From positions 2,046,001-2,110,000 of the forward strand of contig CM120646.1 in the NCBI GenBank assembly GCA_051362555.1: DNA of 64,000 nucleotides, read 5' to 3'. Positions 27,101-40,100 of the stretch are shown here, in pieces. The notes beneath the pieces were generated by a model. It was not told the origin of the DNA. It saw only the letters and a list, made by a program, of their open reading frames with translations, and made no database searches. The stretch's first letter is position 1, and every line of letters begins with the position of its first letter. The position numbers and the translations under genes were made by a program. This stretch comes from Lingula anatina. Lineage: Eukaryota > Animalia > Brachiopoda.

Positions 27101-30100
27101 TCTCATCTAAATCTCATCTTTTCTCTCTAAAACTTAAAAAGAACAATTTTTTGACGTCGATTTATAGTTTTTATACTGTAAAAAAAGCAGTGAATGCTCT
27201 GTGTTCCTAGAGCACAGTAGGCCTTTAAAGTACGCAGCTTTCTTTGACTTATGTCTTTCAACAGCCATCTCTGAACTTTCAATTTCTGAAGAACTCTCTC
27301 ATTTGAAAGCAAGGACCGGTATGTTTATGCACTGAGAATAAAATTGGAGTCATTTGACTCTCTAGTCAGAGTCCAGCACCCCTTGACTCTCACGGAGTTA
27401 AATTTACTCCTATATAAGGGTAAAATTACCCCACTGCCAGAGTCTTTAGACTCTCTTATCAGAGTCAATCACCCCCTGGCTCTCATGGAGTCAATCTGAC
27501 TCTAAAATCAGAGTCAGACGGCGTGGAGAGAACAGTTTCATCATCCTCTATCAGTATAAACATTACTTTATTGGCCATAGTTGGTTTTATGCATGAACAA
27601 GTGGTTTTCTGTGTGTTTCTGCATACAGAACTCGTGCACTTATTACTGGCCCGGGCTTTCAGTTGCCCACACCCTTTATGTGATATGTTGGTATACAGGT
27701 CAGCAGGTTTTGTTTCCATGTTGTAGGTTTGACCCGCCAATGCATGTCACTGGGAGGCATGCTCACTCACTGATATATATATATATATATATGTCATGCT
27801 GTTTATTACCAGATTTGCAAATTGTTTGTTATTGCTCTGTTAACTTTTTGTGCGACCGGATGGCCTTCTGGTTAGAGTGCCCGCCTCTGGATCGGGAGGA
27901 CGTGGGTTCTAATCCCACCGGCGGCAAACCGGTCTTTAATGTATGGTGCCTGCTGTCTCCCTGCTTGGCAATGTTGTTGCTGTTCTTTTTTTCATAATGA
28001 GCCAAGGAGTCAAAAATACTTTAATATGGGGTCATAGTGACTCTTTTGTAGAGATAAATCAAGGGATGAAGGGATGTGTGAATGGAGTCAATTGTGATCC
28101 TTCTGTGGGGTCTGAAATGGCGTTACTCCATCGGAGTCAACTTGACTCCTATTGGGAGTTATTTTAGGCACCACTGCTGGACTCCAAGTTTGGAGTCACC
28201 TGGACTCCGATTTTATTCTCAGTGTGTGATTCTCCGCTCAAAACCCTTTTTGCTAGTAATTTTTGCAGTTATGGTCACGAAGACAATCGCTGTTTTTATA
28301 ATTAAAATTAAAATTGTCGCACTAAGTTATCCTCTTTCAAAAATAGCATTTTTATGAATGCATTCATCCAACACACCCTGTTCCCACAGGACTTTTATCT
28401 TAAAAGCGGTATTTGTTAAATATCGTGCATATATCTAAAAACAATCTCCTTAAATACAAAGTAAAAACAAATAAAATAAAAATTCATCGCAGAGATTTAC
28501 ATTTTGAATGATTCGCCTGAATTGCTATTTGAGCTTCTTTACCTGGGAGTAAAAAAGAACTGATTAGATGAAAATTTTAGGATAAACGAGAGACAAGACT
28601 GTTTATTGTACCAAAGTAACTTGCCTGTTGCATCCTATCGCACTTTAACCAGAACAATGGCGAGTTTTTGCCAATAAATCGCTTGATTGCACTCTGACTT
28701 GGATTTTAACACTTCACTTCTTCAAATTAAAGTGATATGCTTCCTTCTTTACACGAAAGAGGTTAAACACGAGCACTGCTTTCATAGGGGTTATACGCTT
28801 GAATTGTTGCCACCCTTTTGTGTCACAACCAAACTTGCTAACTTGATTGGGATTCGCCGAGACCACCCAAAGCCAAAGTGTAAAATTAATCTAAGTTTTG
28901 TGGAAGGGGAGTGGGATTTCACCGCTGTTTTCGTCTTATACGACGTCACGCAATTCTGACAGCTTCGTTTTAGGATGATTTCAGCGACCCCTCTTTCCAG
29001 ACCCGCTCATATTTCGAGCTGAAATGGCACGATTCTCTAAGTAAAAGCTCTGGGCCGCGGATCATCTATACTGACTGCGCTCTCTGTTCTGAATGCGGCC
29101 TGAGTGACCGCTTAGCCTGATCCAAGTCAAAGCTCACTATGACTGAAAAACGCAAGAATCTAATTGTTGATTGTGTTGATTGCGCATCATAATAATGATT
29201 GTGACATCCCATTGTGTCCCCCAATACGCTCTCCTGCCAAAGCCGTCATGTTTTGTGTAATTACATGTGCTGGTGTCTCTTGTCTCTTTGCCCTTGCATG
29301 ATCTGAAAATCTAAAAACATCAGGTGTCTTTGGTGAAAAGAGTAGGAGTAAATCATCAGCGTTGTGTTTCATTCTTTAAAAAAAGTAATGATATCATAAT
29401 GACGGCGTCTCTTAAATGTCAACAGTTTTCTCAAAATCATGAAATCACGCATTCATTAAGCAATCTTTAACTTGGGGCAGATGCACTGAACAATGCGATT
29501 TTGATAACAAAATACAAAATCGAGGGTGATCTTTTTTTTATTTATTTACAACCATAAGTGACCTCTGCTTATGCGTTTTTAATTACTAGACGGAAGTGAG
29601 AACACAGTTGAGGCCATAGAACCCCATTTCCATAGATTTTTAGATCGATCCATCCCTGTGGGGAGTCTCACTAGATTACTGTCAGCTTGGCCGGCTTAAG
29701 CGTCTGTCCCGCCTACTAAAAGCTGTAAGGGGGTAATTAGCTATGGTGCCCGCTCGGCTGACTGCAATTTAGCGTGAACCCCCAGGGAGTTAGGTCGATC
29801 TAAATCTTAATCTCTAGATCGATCTAAAACTCTGGGAAAGCACCCATAAAAATTATTTTGAAACTCACTAAAAAGTCCTTTTTTGGCTGACGCAAATTAC
29901 ATATTCCAGTTAACCCTTATAAAATGTAAAAAAATAACATCTCTCAAATGACCAAAACCCTAAGGCAGTTACATGTGTAAAATATCAAAATGACCCACCT
30001 TCATCATCACACCTTTGGAATCTGATTGGAAAGTTCCCAGCGGGCAAATTATGTTGTTTTAACGTTGAAACAACGTTGAACCATAACGTTGATAATACGT

Positions 30101-30467
30101 TGGATTAACATTGGATTTGAAAGTTGACTCAACCTCAGATAACAACGTTGTATCAACGTCAGATAATAACATTGTATCAACCCCAGTTGTTAGACAACAT
30201 TTTTGCATGAAAAGACATTAAAATGACCTGAAATGTTTTTATTTTTGGTACAAAACACAGGTACACAATTATAACGTACACCGTAAAAACATCCAAGTGC
30301 CTGCTTTGTCTGATTTTTTCAACGCATTTAGCTCCTAAGCATGTTTTGCACCTAAGCGTGGTACACCCTTTTAGCCTGGATGTGTTTAGCAGTAGGACAT
30401 GTTTGGTGGCTAAATATATGTAGGGTATATACCTGTATGTATGGCCTTTAAGTTAAAATTTCCAAGG

Positions 30468-30550
<83 letters not shown>

Positions 30551-33500
30551 TGGACAAAAGAAGTGTCACCACCTAACTCAGAGTAATAAAAGTAGGCAGA
30601 TCTTGGGTACTTATAATGCCTGGTCTACTTATAATGTGACTAATGAGTATAAAACCGCTATACCATGGAATTGTATTGTTGGTCTTGTACATGTACAGCA
30701 AATGTTATTCCTGTCTTCCTCCAATATGGCAAGATACAGGCAATTATCTAACGGTTATAGGTGCAAGTTATTAACCTGAAGAGGCGGAATATAAGCAATG
30801 TCAGAATATCGTTACAATTGAATTGTTCAGTCAGAACCGTGCAGAGGGTCTGATCTCGGTATAGAAACACTGGATCAAGAGACAAATTGCCTCTGATGGG
30901 TCGTCCAAGAAAAAATACTGGCCGTGAAGACCGACGACTGATTTTGATGTCCAGGTTGTCAAAGTTCGACACTGTTTGTCAGTTGACAACACAGTGGAAC
31001 AATTTCACATATAAGAATGTGGCTAGGCGTCGGTTACATGCTCAGAGAGTGTACAGCAGGGTAGCAAGACTGAAACCTCTTATATCGTTACAAAACAGGC
31101 AACGTAGAGTTAACTAGGGTCAACAGGATCTTGAACTGGACAGTTCATGACAATTGGTCCTATATATATATTTTTTCTGATGAGTGTCGCTTTGGTCTGA
31201 CCTCTGATGACAGACGGGTACTATGCTGGCAACGTGCTGGTAAAGCATTTGAACCACATGCACTTAATTTTCGAACCCGGAGCAGCATATTCGTCATGGT
31301 GTGGGGCTGCATCAGCATCCATGGCTTGGGCGAATTGATAGTGGTTAATGGAAACATGAATCACTAGAAATATATCGATGTTTTGGAGTCAGGCTTGCTA
31401 CCATCTATTACTAACATGTTTGGTGACAGGAATTATCCATTTGTTGACCAGGATGACAATGCTCCTTGTCACAGGCCCAGAGCAGTTGATGATTGGTTTG
31501 ACCAACAGGACATTCGCAGGGTGATGTGGCCTGCCCAGAGTCCGGATGCAAACATAATAGAAAATGTGTGGAATGATATGTCAAAACTTTTTACAAATGC
31601 CCGTCTAACCAGCAGAGAAACTCTGTTATATTCAGTGTTTCATGCTTGGGCCAGCATTAGCCATGAACGCATCAGACAATTATATGAAACCTTGCTTCGT
31701 AGACTGGCACCTATTATTAGGTCACGTGGCTATGCCACTAAGTACTAATTTTGGACTTGAAACTGCATATTTTGGTAGAATGTATATTTTGTTCTCATTT
31801 TGTGATTTTTTGTGAAATTTGATGTTAATAAAATGATACCAGGAGCATATCATTCCGCAGTCATTTATCTCCCCCATAGTATTGGCTCAGTAGGGGTGAC
31901 ACTTCTTTTGTCCAGTGTGTGTATATATATATAACAAAGTCACAGTCGTTGCTTAGCTATATATATATATATATAACAAAGTCACAGTCACCTCAACCTG
32001 TCTATCTATAACAGGGTACCGAGAACTGTCAACTTTATTAACTGCATTCCATCACATTTACAGCAAAGTATTCATCCTAGTGTTAGCTGACCTTGCAAGG
32101 AAATCAGTTTATTGGAATGTACAGGGTTGCTACTTAATATGGAATATTTTTTATCATTGTTATTTTTGGGTGCTGATTAATTTTTTGGCTTGAGTCATTA
32201 AAAAAATATGTCACTGAGTGATAAAAACATCCAGTCTTCTGTTGTGAGATATTTTGGTCAATGATATCAAATCTGACATAAGATGCCATTCAAAAGAAAG
32301 GAACACCCCCAGAAAACCATATCAACAGTTTGATGTCAGTATTAACTTTAAGATAAGATATTAAAGAAAATGATAGCCTCCGGACAGTGATATGTTACAC
32401 AGTCAAAGAACTCACTACAGTAAATCATGAAAAGTCAGTAACTGCGAGTATGACCTCCAGCAGCCGCTTGCAGCGCCCTCATCCTACATGGCATACCCTG
32501 TGACACGTTTTTTAGAGTTTGGATGGGGATATCATTCCACGCAGTGATATTTGCCTGTTGCAGTTCATCACTATTTACCGGCCGATGACTATAGCTATTA
32601 ATTCTGTGCGTTATTGTTGTCCCAAGTTTTTCAATTGGGTTCATATCTGGAGAGTTTGCAGGCCAGGGCAGTTGCTGAACCCATTGGTTTTGAAGAAAAA
32701 CAGTGATTCTGCGGCCTCGATGTGGGGTTGCCCAGTCGTCCTGGTACACAAAGTTGTTCCTGAAGATGACTCTTACCAATCGAGGCATTGTTTGCCGTAG
32801 TATGTCTCTGTAGGAATCCTGGATGAGGTTGCCTCCTAGAAAAACCAACTGGTTCTGGACACCGACATGAAATGCGCCCCAAACTGAGACGTTACCATCC
32901 CCTGCTTGCACCCTAGGCAGTACACAATCATCGTTTTATGCCCGTCGTACACGTCGGTGGACACGGATTCGACCATCAACCCTAAAAAATCCATATCTGG
33001 CCTCATCACTGAAAACGACGTGATTCCAAGGTTTTGGCTGCAAATGCACGTGGTTCCCAGCCCATTGCAGACGTCGCTGTATATGACCTGCTGTTAACAG
33101 TGGTTTCCCTACTGGCCTTCGTGCAAAATAACCGGCTTTCAGTAATCTCTTGTTCACGAGGGACCTTGAAACGGGCGTTTGAATGACATTCTGCCTCTCT
33201 TTTCTGAGGACACTGGTTGTCTTTGTACGACCAGCACGGCGTCCTCTAAGGAGAAGGCGATCCTGTCTTTTTGGTGTGATACGCGGGCACCCTGGTCGAG
33301 GTATTGGAGAAGGTGCCCCTGTTGCAGCATTTCTTTGGAGGACTTTACAAACGGTTCCTGATAAATCTTGAATTACCTGGCAATGACTGTCCGTTTCTGG
33401 CCATTTTCTCTGAGAGCGAGAATCCCATAGTAAGCTGCGTTGCTTAGCTATCGAACCATATCTTCACTAAGGTACCTGTCAAGTTTCAGAGCGATCCCTT

Positions 33501-36500
33501 TGTTGCTTCTCTAAATACACTCCAAAATTTGACCAAACCCATGCGTTTTTATACTAGGGCAGAAATTGCCGAAAAGACCACCCCTCACATTTCTGACCAC
33601 AGAACATGCAGCTGCATGCATCAATTGTTTCGAGAGTTGTGTGGTAATTAGGTAACACACCTGGCTACACATGGAGTGACACCTCAGTTTTGGATTTAAA
33701 GTAGTTAGAGAGAAATTAAATATTTTGAAGAAAATTTACTCGCCAAAAAATAATATTTCATATTAAGTGGTAACCCTGTATTTCTGAATAACAAGTTAAG
33801 AAAATTCACTAGTTCACTAAAGACACAAAACAACTGTCACATTTGCTTTAAACACTTTTTTATTATTTTGATAAAGTTAGTTACAGTATTGATAAACAAA
33901 GTATCACGTTTTCAACAATTAATATTTTAAATTACAATCCATGTCTGCAAGGTTGAGTCAATGACCAAAATACAACGTTGAGTCAACGTCACATTATGAC
34001 GGTGTTTCGACATGGCTGGATCGACGTTGATTTTACGTTGAATTTAGGTAGATCAACGGCAATTCAACGTATCAACCTGTTTTCAACGTTGATCCAACGC
34101 GACTATGCCTGCTTGGAACAGACACCAAAGTTACTTGAACCTAATCGCTAACAAAGAAGCTTTGTGGCTTTAGAGAACCGTAATTAGCATAAAAGAACGC
34201 TTGGAACCTGCAGTATAATTGAAACCCCTTTTGTTCGTGCTTTCGTGCATAAAGTCATTCTATAATACTTATTGATTTGCAGTATTTACTGGTGCACCAA
34301 CAAACGCAAAATGCGCAGCTTGACAAGTACAGTGTATATTATGTGTACTTGTATATCCAAAAAACTATATATGAATATATATTGATACCGCGTGATGTTC
34401 ACTTGCAAATAGGTTCGATTTCAAAATGCATTGAAATTTGTGGTTATAAATTGTCTTAGATGTGAAATGATTCGATGTTTTTGGACAATTTTAGAACATA
34501 ATGTTATTTTTTAGCGGCCAAATTGGATCTGTCAAAAGGTACCAAACAGTAAAAGGATTTGCATTAACACATTTCTTGTGCATGGTTGGCCTGATATAGA
34601 GGTATCAACAAATATCAAGGACCTTTTTTTTGCGAGCGCGTGTATTGAAATTGGCGGCCATCTTGTATATTTATATTTAACCAAGGCTGCCAAAATGAAA
34701 ACCAAGCTTAATTTGCTCTAGGGTCCCATTTGAGCCAGTCTATCTTCCGCTGGTGCCGGTGTAACGAAACTGGGGGTCTGTGTAACAGAAAGTTTGTCCT
34801 CCATTTAGTTATAATAGTTAGGGTTAGCCTGACCTAAGTCGGTCAAAATGATAGGGCGATGCTTACCTGTACAAATGAATGGGAAGTGGACTCTATCATG
34901 GAGGACTCTCTGTCACCTTACACCTGCTTGCAGAGCGGTATTTTGAATGGAGTCATACCGTTGTATATGCCCATAATAACGCAGATTTCGTTGACATATC
35001 TTTCAACAGCAATCTCTGAACTTTCAATTTCTGAACACTCTCTCATTTGGGCGTTTCAATCCAAGGAAAACATGTTGATGGAAAAGATGTCGACCACCCC
35101 TTTTGATAGGTATTCAGTTGCTGACTTTTATTGCCCCACAGTGACAGTGAGATATCCCTCTTCCATTATTAAAAAGCATGTTAAAGCAATGTATTCATGT
35201 AACCTATCCTGGTCCCATATCAGTATGCTTAAGAGAGGCGATTGTTACATGCATGTATAGTGCATATCTCTAAAAACAACCCTTTGAAGACAAAAAGAAA
35301 CACAGTTACTTTCAAATAAAAAATAGGCGGCCGTTTAGAGTGATTGTAAAGTTAGGCTAGATGAATATTGCCTTTCATGGAAAAAAAAAGATTTCCATAG
35401 TTTGTTGGATATCTGGGAACTGAGTTCTTGCAACGACCAATTTCCAATTCTAAAGGTGTTTGTTGTTCTAAGCTTGACACGTCAAAACAAAAAAAAAAAT
35501 CAATTTTTTGACACACTGAGTTACGTTCAAAATGATTCGCCGGGATTGTTATTTAAGCTTCTTCGCCTGCTGGTAAAAAAGAACTAATAAGATTAGACTC
35601 TTAGGAGAAAACGAAACACGTCAATACAGGTAATGAGGCCTGTGGTATATTACAAAGCTGCACGCGGAGTTGTGTATTGGACCAAAGTAGCTAACATGCT
35701 GGATCCCATTGCACTTTAGCCAGAACAATGGCAGGTTTTAACCAATAAGTCACTTGATTGCACTCTGGCTTGGCTTTTAACACTTAACTTCTTGAAAGTC
35801 AAGTGATATGCTTTCTTCTTTTCACGAACATGAGCTGCGCAGTCAGAGGGCCTATACGCTTGAATATTATTGCCACTCGCATTGTGCCATGACCAACCTT
35901 GTTAACTTGTTTGGTCATACATCGTAGACAACCCAAAGTCAAAGTGTAAAGTTAATAAAGTTTTGTGGGATTTGAGGGAGAGTGTGATCTCACCCTTGTT
36001 CTCGTCTTATATGATGCCACGCAATTCTGTCAGCAACAAATTGGAAATCACACACTAGGATTCAAGTCTCATTTAATATTAAAAATTGAAAAAATAAGGA
36101 AAATTGAGTGACATATTATGGCCATTGATATCATACATATCAATATAAATATATTGTTGTTCGAAATAAAACAAAACACAGGAAGTAGCGGAATAATCGA
36201 ATGTAGCAGCCGAGATGGCCCTCCTCCTCCTCCCGACTCCTCTGTCTTTTTCTCGACAACTGTTATAATCTCATCTTTTCTTTTTTTTCCGTCCCTGTAT
36301 ATGTACATGGAAGTTTTGCCGGCGTCCTGGTCGAAGTTTTCATCAAACCGGGCGTTCTTCCTGTTCACTACAACTTCATCGTGGCTGTAGAGGATGCTGT
36401 TCCTTATTTTAAAAGTAACAAAGAAATCAGTATTAAAGCATTCATCTTTTCCTTGCTGAATAGCTGTTCTCGTTTTGCTCCTCATTCAGTACAATAGGCC

Positions 36501-36822
36501 TATGTACAAATCACTCGATCATCTGGACCTAACATGACAATGATATTTCACACTGACGTGTGTTTCCGGCAGTTCATAAGCATTCAACTATATTCAACTT
36601 TGGTTAAGCGAAGTCAAAGATAAGACTAGGAACAGAAAGGGACCACTTCTTAATTGTGTTAGTTGCGAATTGACATTGCATTGTGTCAGCCAACACGCTC
36701 TGCTGTCAAGGCCGTCTTTGTATGTTAAGTGTACTTTCATGTGTCCGTGTTTCATTCACCAAAATTTACCCAGTCTTGTCCCCATATTGTTCAGCAACGA
36801 AATCTCCCATTCATATATATGA

Positions 36823-36865
<43 letters not shown>

Positions 36866-37087
36866 ACCAAGATATGGACAAGTGTTGTGAGTGTTATGGA
36901 AATGTGAGACATAAACAACCATAAAGAGAGATTCATCATCTTGTGGAGATATTTTCAAGAACAGGTATTTGGACATGACCTTGACCTCCAATTGACCTTG
37001 ACCTCCACCCAGCTTCAGGTTTCACTTAGGGTCGTGTATCCCAAAGACTGAATTTGTTGATGCCATTGGACGACCATTTATTCTATT

Positions 37088-37134
<47 letters not shown>

Positions 37135-40100
37135 TTAGTTAGGCATATTTATCTATTACTTCATTTATTCACTGATTTAGGCCCACTGAGTAGTTATGTA
37201 GTATTTTGGATATGGCTGGATTTAGAATTGTTCTTTGACATTGAGTAACTGTTTATTTAAAGATGCATACAAAGTCAATTTTTTGCCACAAAAATCAAAC
37301 AAATGCCGGCATATAGTTTCAAACAGTATAATTAAGAGAATTACCAAAAGACGTTGTTAAATTTTTCCCGAAAAATGATAATTGAATGGATTTTTCTGCT
37401 AGCTTACTATCCTGTATATACATGGGGCAGAAAAGTAGGTCACATAGTACCGGTAGGTTAAATTTCTGACCACAAATGCAAAGAAAGGAGCAGTCTTAAG
37501 CTCTTTTATGGCTGATCAAGTGATTTATTCGGTTTATCCTTGGCATGTCGACTTTATTTGAGTAGTATAAGAATCTAGTAGAAGTGGTTTATATGTATTA
37601 CTGGGAATCCACGCTCTACTGATGCTCGGTTCATATGTACCTTTAAGTTTCCAATTTTTGTAAAAGGGATTCTGTCCTATATATTTATGTCATCAATACA
37701 TAGAGTGTGTCCACATAGTATAATTTATCATTCTTAAAAATAGGCCCTAATGTAGGCATTAAATTTGCCCTTTTCCTGTAGCGCAAAAAGAACACGAAAC
37801 CTAGCAAAAAGGCTTAGATAACTTAGATAATATGTACTCTTTGTAGCGGGTGCAAAGGTTGTTGATCTAGTTTAACACGCCCCAATTCATTGCACATACA
37901 CGTATTTGGGGTGATATGATACTTAATGAAACGGGCATAATTATAATAGACCTTGAAACTGAGACTTCTGCAAATGATCTCTCTCAGTCACGTTATATAT
38001 GTGAAAAAGAACATTTAACTATAGTGGGGCACCTAAGGGTCAAAAATGATAAAACAAAAACTTAGCAGTATGGGCATGAAGTATTGACGACGATGATGGG
38101 AACAAGGTGCCCTTGAAAGCTCTGTCTATGGTCGCATCAAATTGGCATCTTGACGAGAGACAGAGAGAGAGAGAGAGAGAGAGGTAGAGGTTGAAAGAAT
38201 AAGTCTTTTCAAATATTTTAAATATGATCGATATTCCTATAAGACTGTATTTTGTTAATTAAGTTAGATATGATTACAGCGAAAGGAGAACAGAGTAATT
38301 AACATATACATAAAAGATCGCATAAATTCCACAAAGATCATATTTTTATTATAAAATGTCAACCCGAATGCAATTTGCGGGTTCAGTGCCCATTCCTTGC
38401 ACGTACCTACAACTGCTCATCAATCAAACAACACACATTTAGAAAACGATCCTTCTTGTCTTTCGCTGTCACCTGATATGCGATTGTGTCAAAGAAGAAA
38501 AAACTTTATTAACAAATCGGAAACTTATCGCACTAATACTCCAGTGCCTCACGTCTGTTTGGCTCGGACTTTGACCTGGATTCCGAGATACTTAGAATCT
38601 ATTTATCATCGTACATGTCACTTCCATTGCTTATATTATCATCGAGGCGACTTTCTAGTAATCTTCACATCCCAGAATGGTCGAGAACCGATCTACAAAG
38701 TTCACAAAACGCAAATAATAACACTTCCCATCTTTGTGTTCTTCCAGCGCAGCATGATCTCCCACGTGTGAACCCATTCAAGGTAAATAAGTCCCGGATC
38801 AAATCACAATAATAGATTGCATAAGACAGATATCAATACACAACCGCTGTGTTAAGTTTTACATAAGCGATCAGGTTTTTAAAAAAGGCATTTATGTAAT
38901 AAAGTACATGAAAATGATTGATGTGAAGGTTTATTTATGGGGGAATTACATAAAATACAAAATTTAGTAAAGAGGGATTTTTGTAGCAGGTGTGCAAAGA
39001 CGTGATTTATGAGCACACACTTATTTTGTACCAATTGTTCATTGCCCCACCCCCCGACCTGCGGTAAATCTGGAACCTCTATAACATTCCCTTTTCATCG
39101 CATCATTTCTTATGTGCAGCATTTTAATTCTTACAGGCTAATTGAGCTCTTGACCAAATATAGTGATACGAGCCAATGCATAACAAGAAAGCGCATGTTT
39201 TTACAAGCATTACATCTTGAGTTATAATATCTGTAGTCCAATGGGGTTCTGTGCTATACGGGTCATTTCGCTAGCTTGATCCCGCTTTCCTCTCTAGAGG
39301 CGTGCAGGGAGAGGGCGTGTGCTAAAATACCGTGTTCTGATTGGTGAGACAAAGAAGGCGTGGGGTTGAATGTCGATTTTGATTGGACGTTACCGTGAGC
39401 GATTGGAGGGTGTGTCTCTTCCCTGCAAGGGTGCTGTAGAAAATGTCAACATAGGGCCTACGTGCACTTGGAGGAGTACGAGTGTAGTTTAGGTGGATGC
39501 CAATGTCAAACACGCACTGTTTCAAATACACATAAACCTCATTAAAATTAAATGAACATTCTGTGCACTAAATCGATCTTTCAGTTAACATTCGACCGGC
39601 ATGTTAACAGTTTACATTGCACTGGCTGTGCAACCACCTTCATATCTGAGACTTCATCAATATGAACTCAGCTGTCAATCAGCACGTTTTAAATATATTT
39701 GTCTCGGGGTTATCAAAAAGAACGGCCTTCTCTGAACAGCAACAGACTAACAGGTGTTTGCTGGCATATATTACAGAACGTGCACTTTTATTCCAACACC
39801 CTCGACCTTAACATTCGTTAATCGAACAGTTGATGAATATTTGGCATTTTGGGTGTTATACTCATCTGACAGGCAAAAAGTGAGAAGAAATATAAACATA
39901 TAACGGAGCGCCCGCACGCCGATCGCTTCCAGAGTTTCACCGCAACGTAGCTGCTTTCAAGGAGTACTGTTGTCGTACTTGATCCAAAAACGTAAACCAG
40001 GGTTACAAACAGACATGGGTGACAGTCAGCTGACAAGGGTCAAGCTGACCAGTGTCCTGCTGGTCTTGCAGGCTGTCTTCATTGTGTTGTTTGGAATATT

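Larger units (their letters stand above)
30036..34116. mobile_element. CCC-ended EnSpm/CACTA-like element with caacgttg subterminal repeats, hosting two Tc1 elements
   Basis: Ends cccagcgggca / tgcctgcttgg; arrays of caacgt(tg) at 30060-30180 and 33970-34100; both boundaries coincide with loss of homology to SMB copy 1. Confidence 0.75.
29160..36030 (-). pseudogene. Third, destroyed copy of the SMB-gene duplication unit
   Basis: 29870-30035 matches copy 1 intron 1 and the last about 38 nt of exon 1 (17130-17302). 34117-35580 matches the copy 1 upstream region (18625-20065). The rest of exon 1 and exons 2-3 are missing. Confidence 0.8.

Noticed and set aside
27854-27926. Functional tRNA-Gln(CTG) gene
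   Set aside because: Acceptor and anticodon stems are mismatched and it lies inside a transposon; treated as a SINE head or pseudogene.
30060-30180. CRISPR-like array of short palindromic caacgttg repeats
   Set aside because: Eukaryotic context, 8-bp motifs with irregular spacing, mirrored at the other end of the element, and no cas genes; these are subterminal transposon repeats.
34859-35260. 133-aa ORF in the copy 3 upstream region
   Set aside because: The paralogous sequence at 19357-19745 is interrupted by stops and indels, and part of the ORF lies in a MITE.
38397-38812. Coding-looking stretch on either strand
   Set aside because: No recognisable motif, stops in the most plausible minus frame, and no consistent splice sites.
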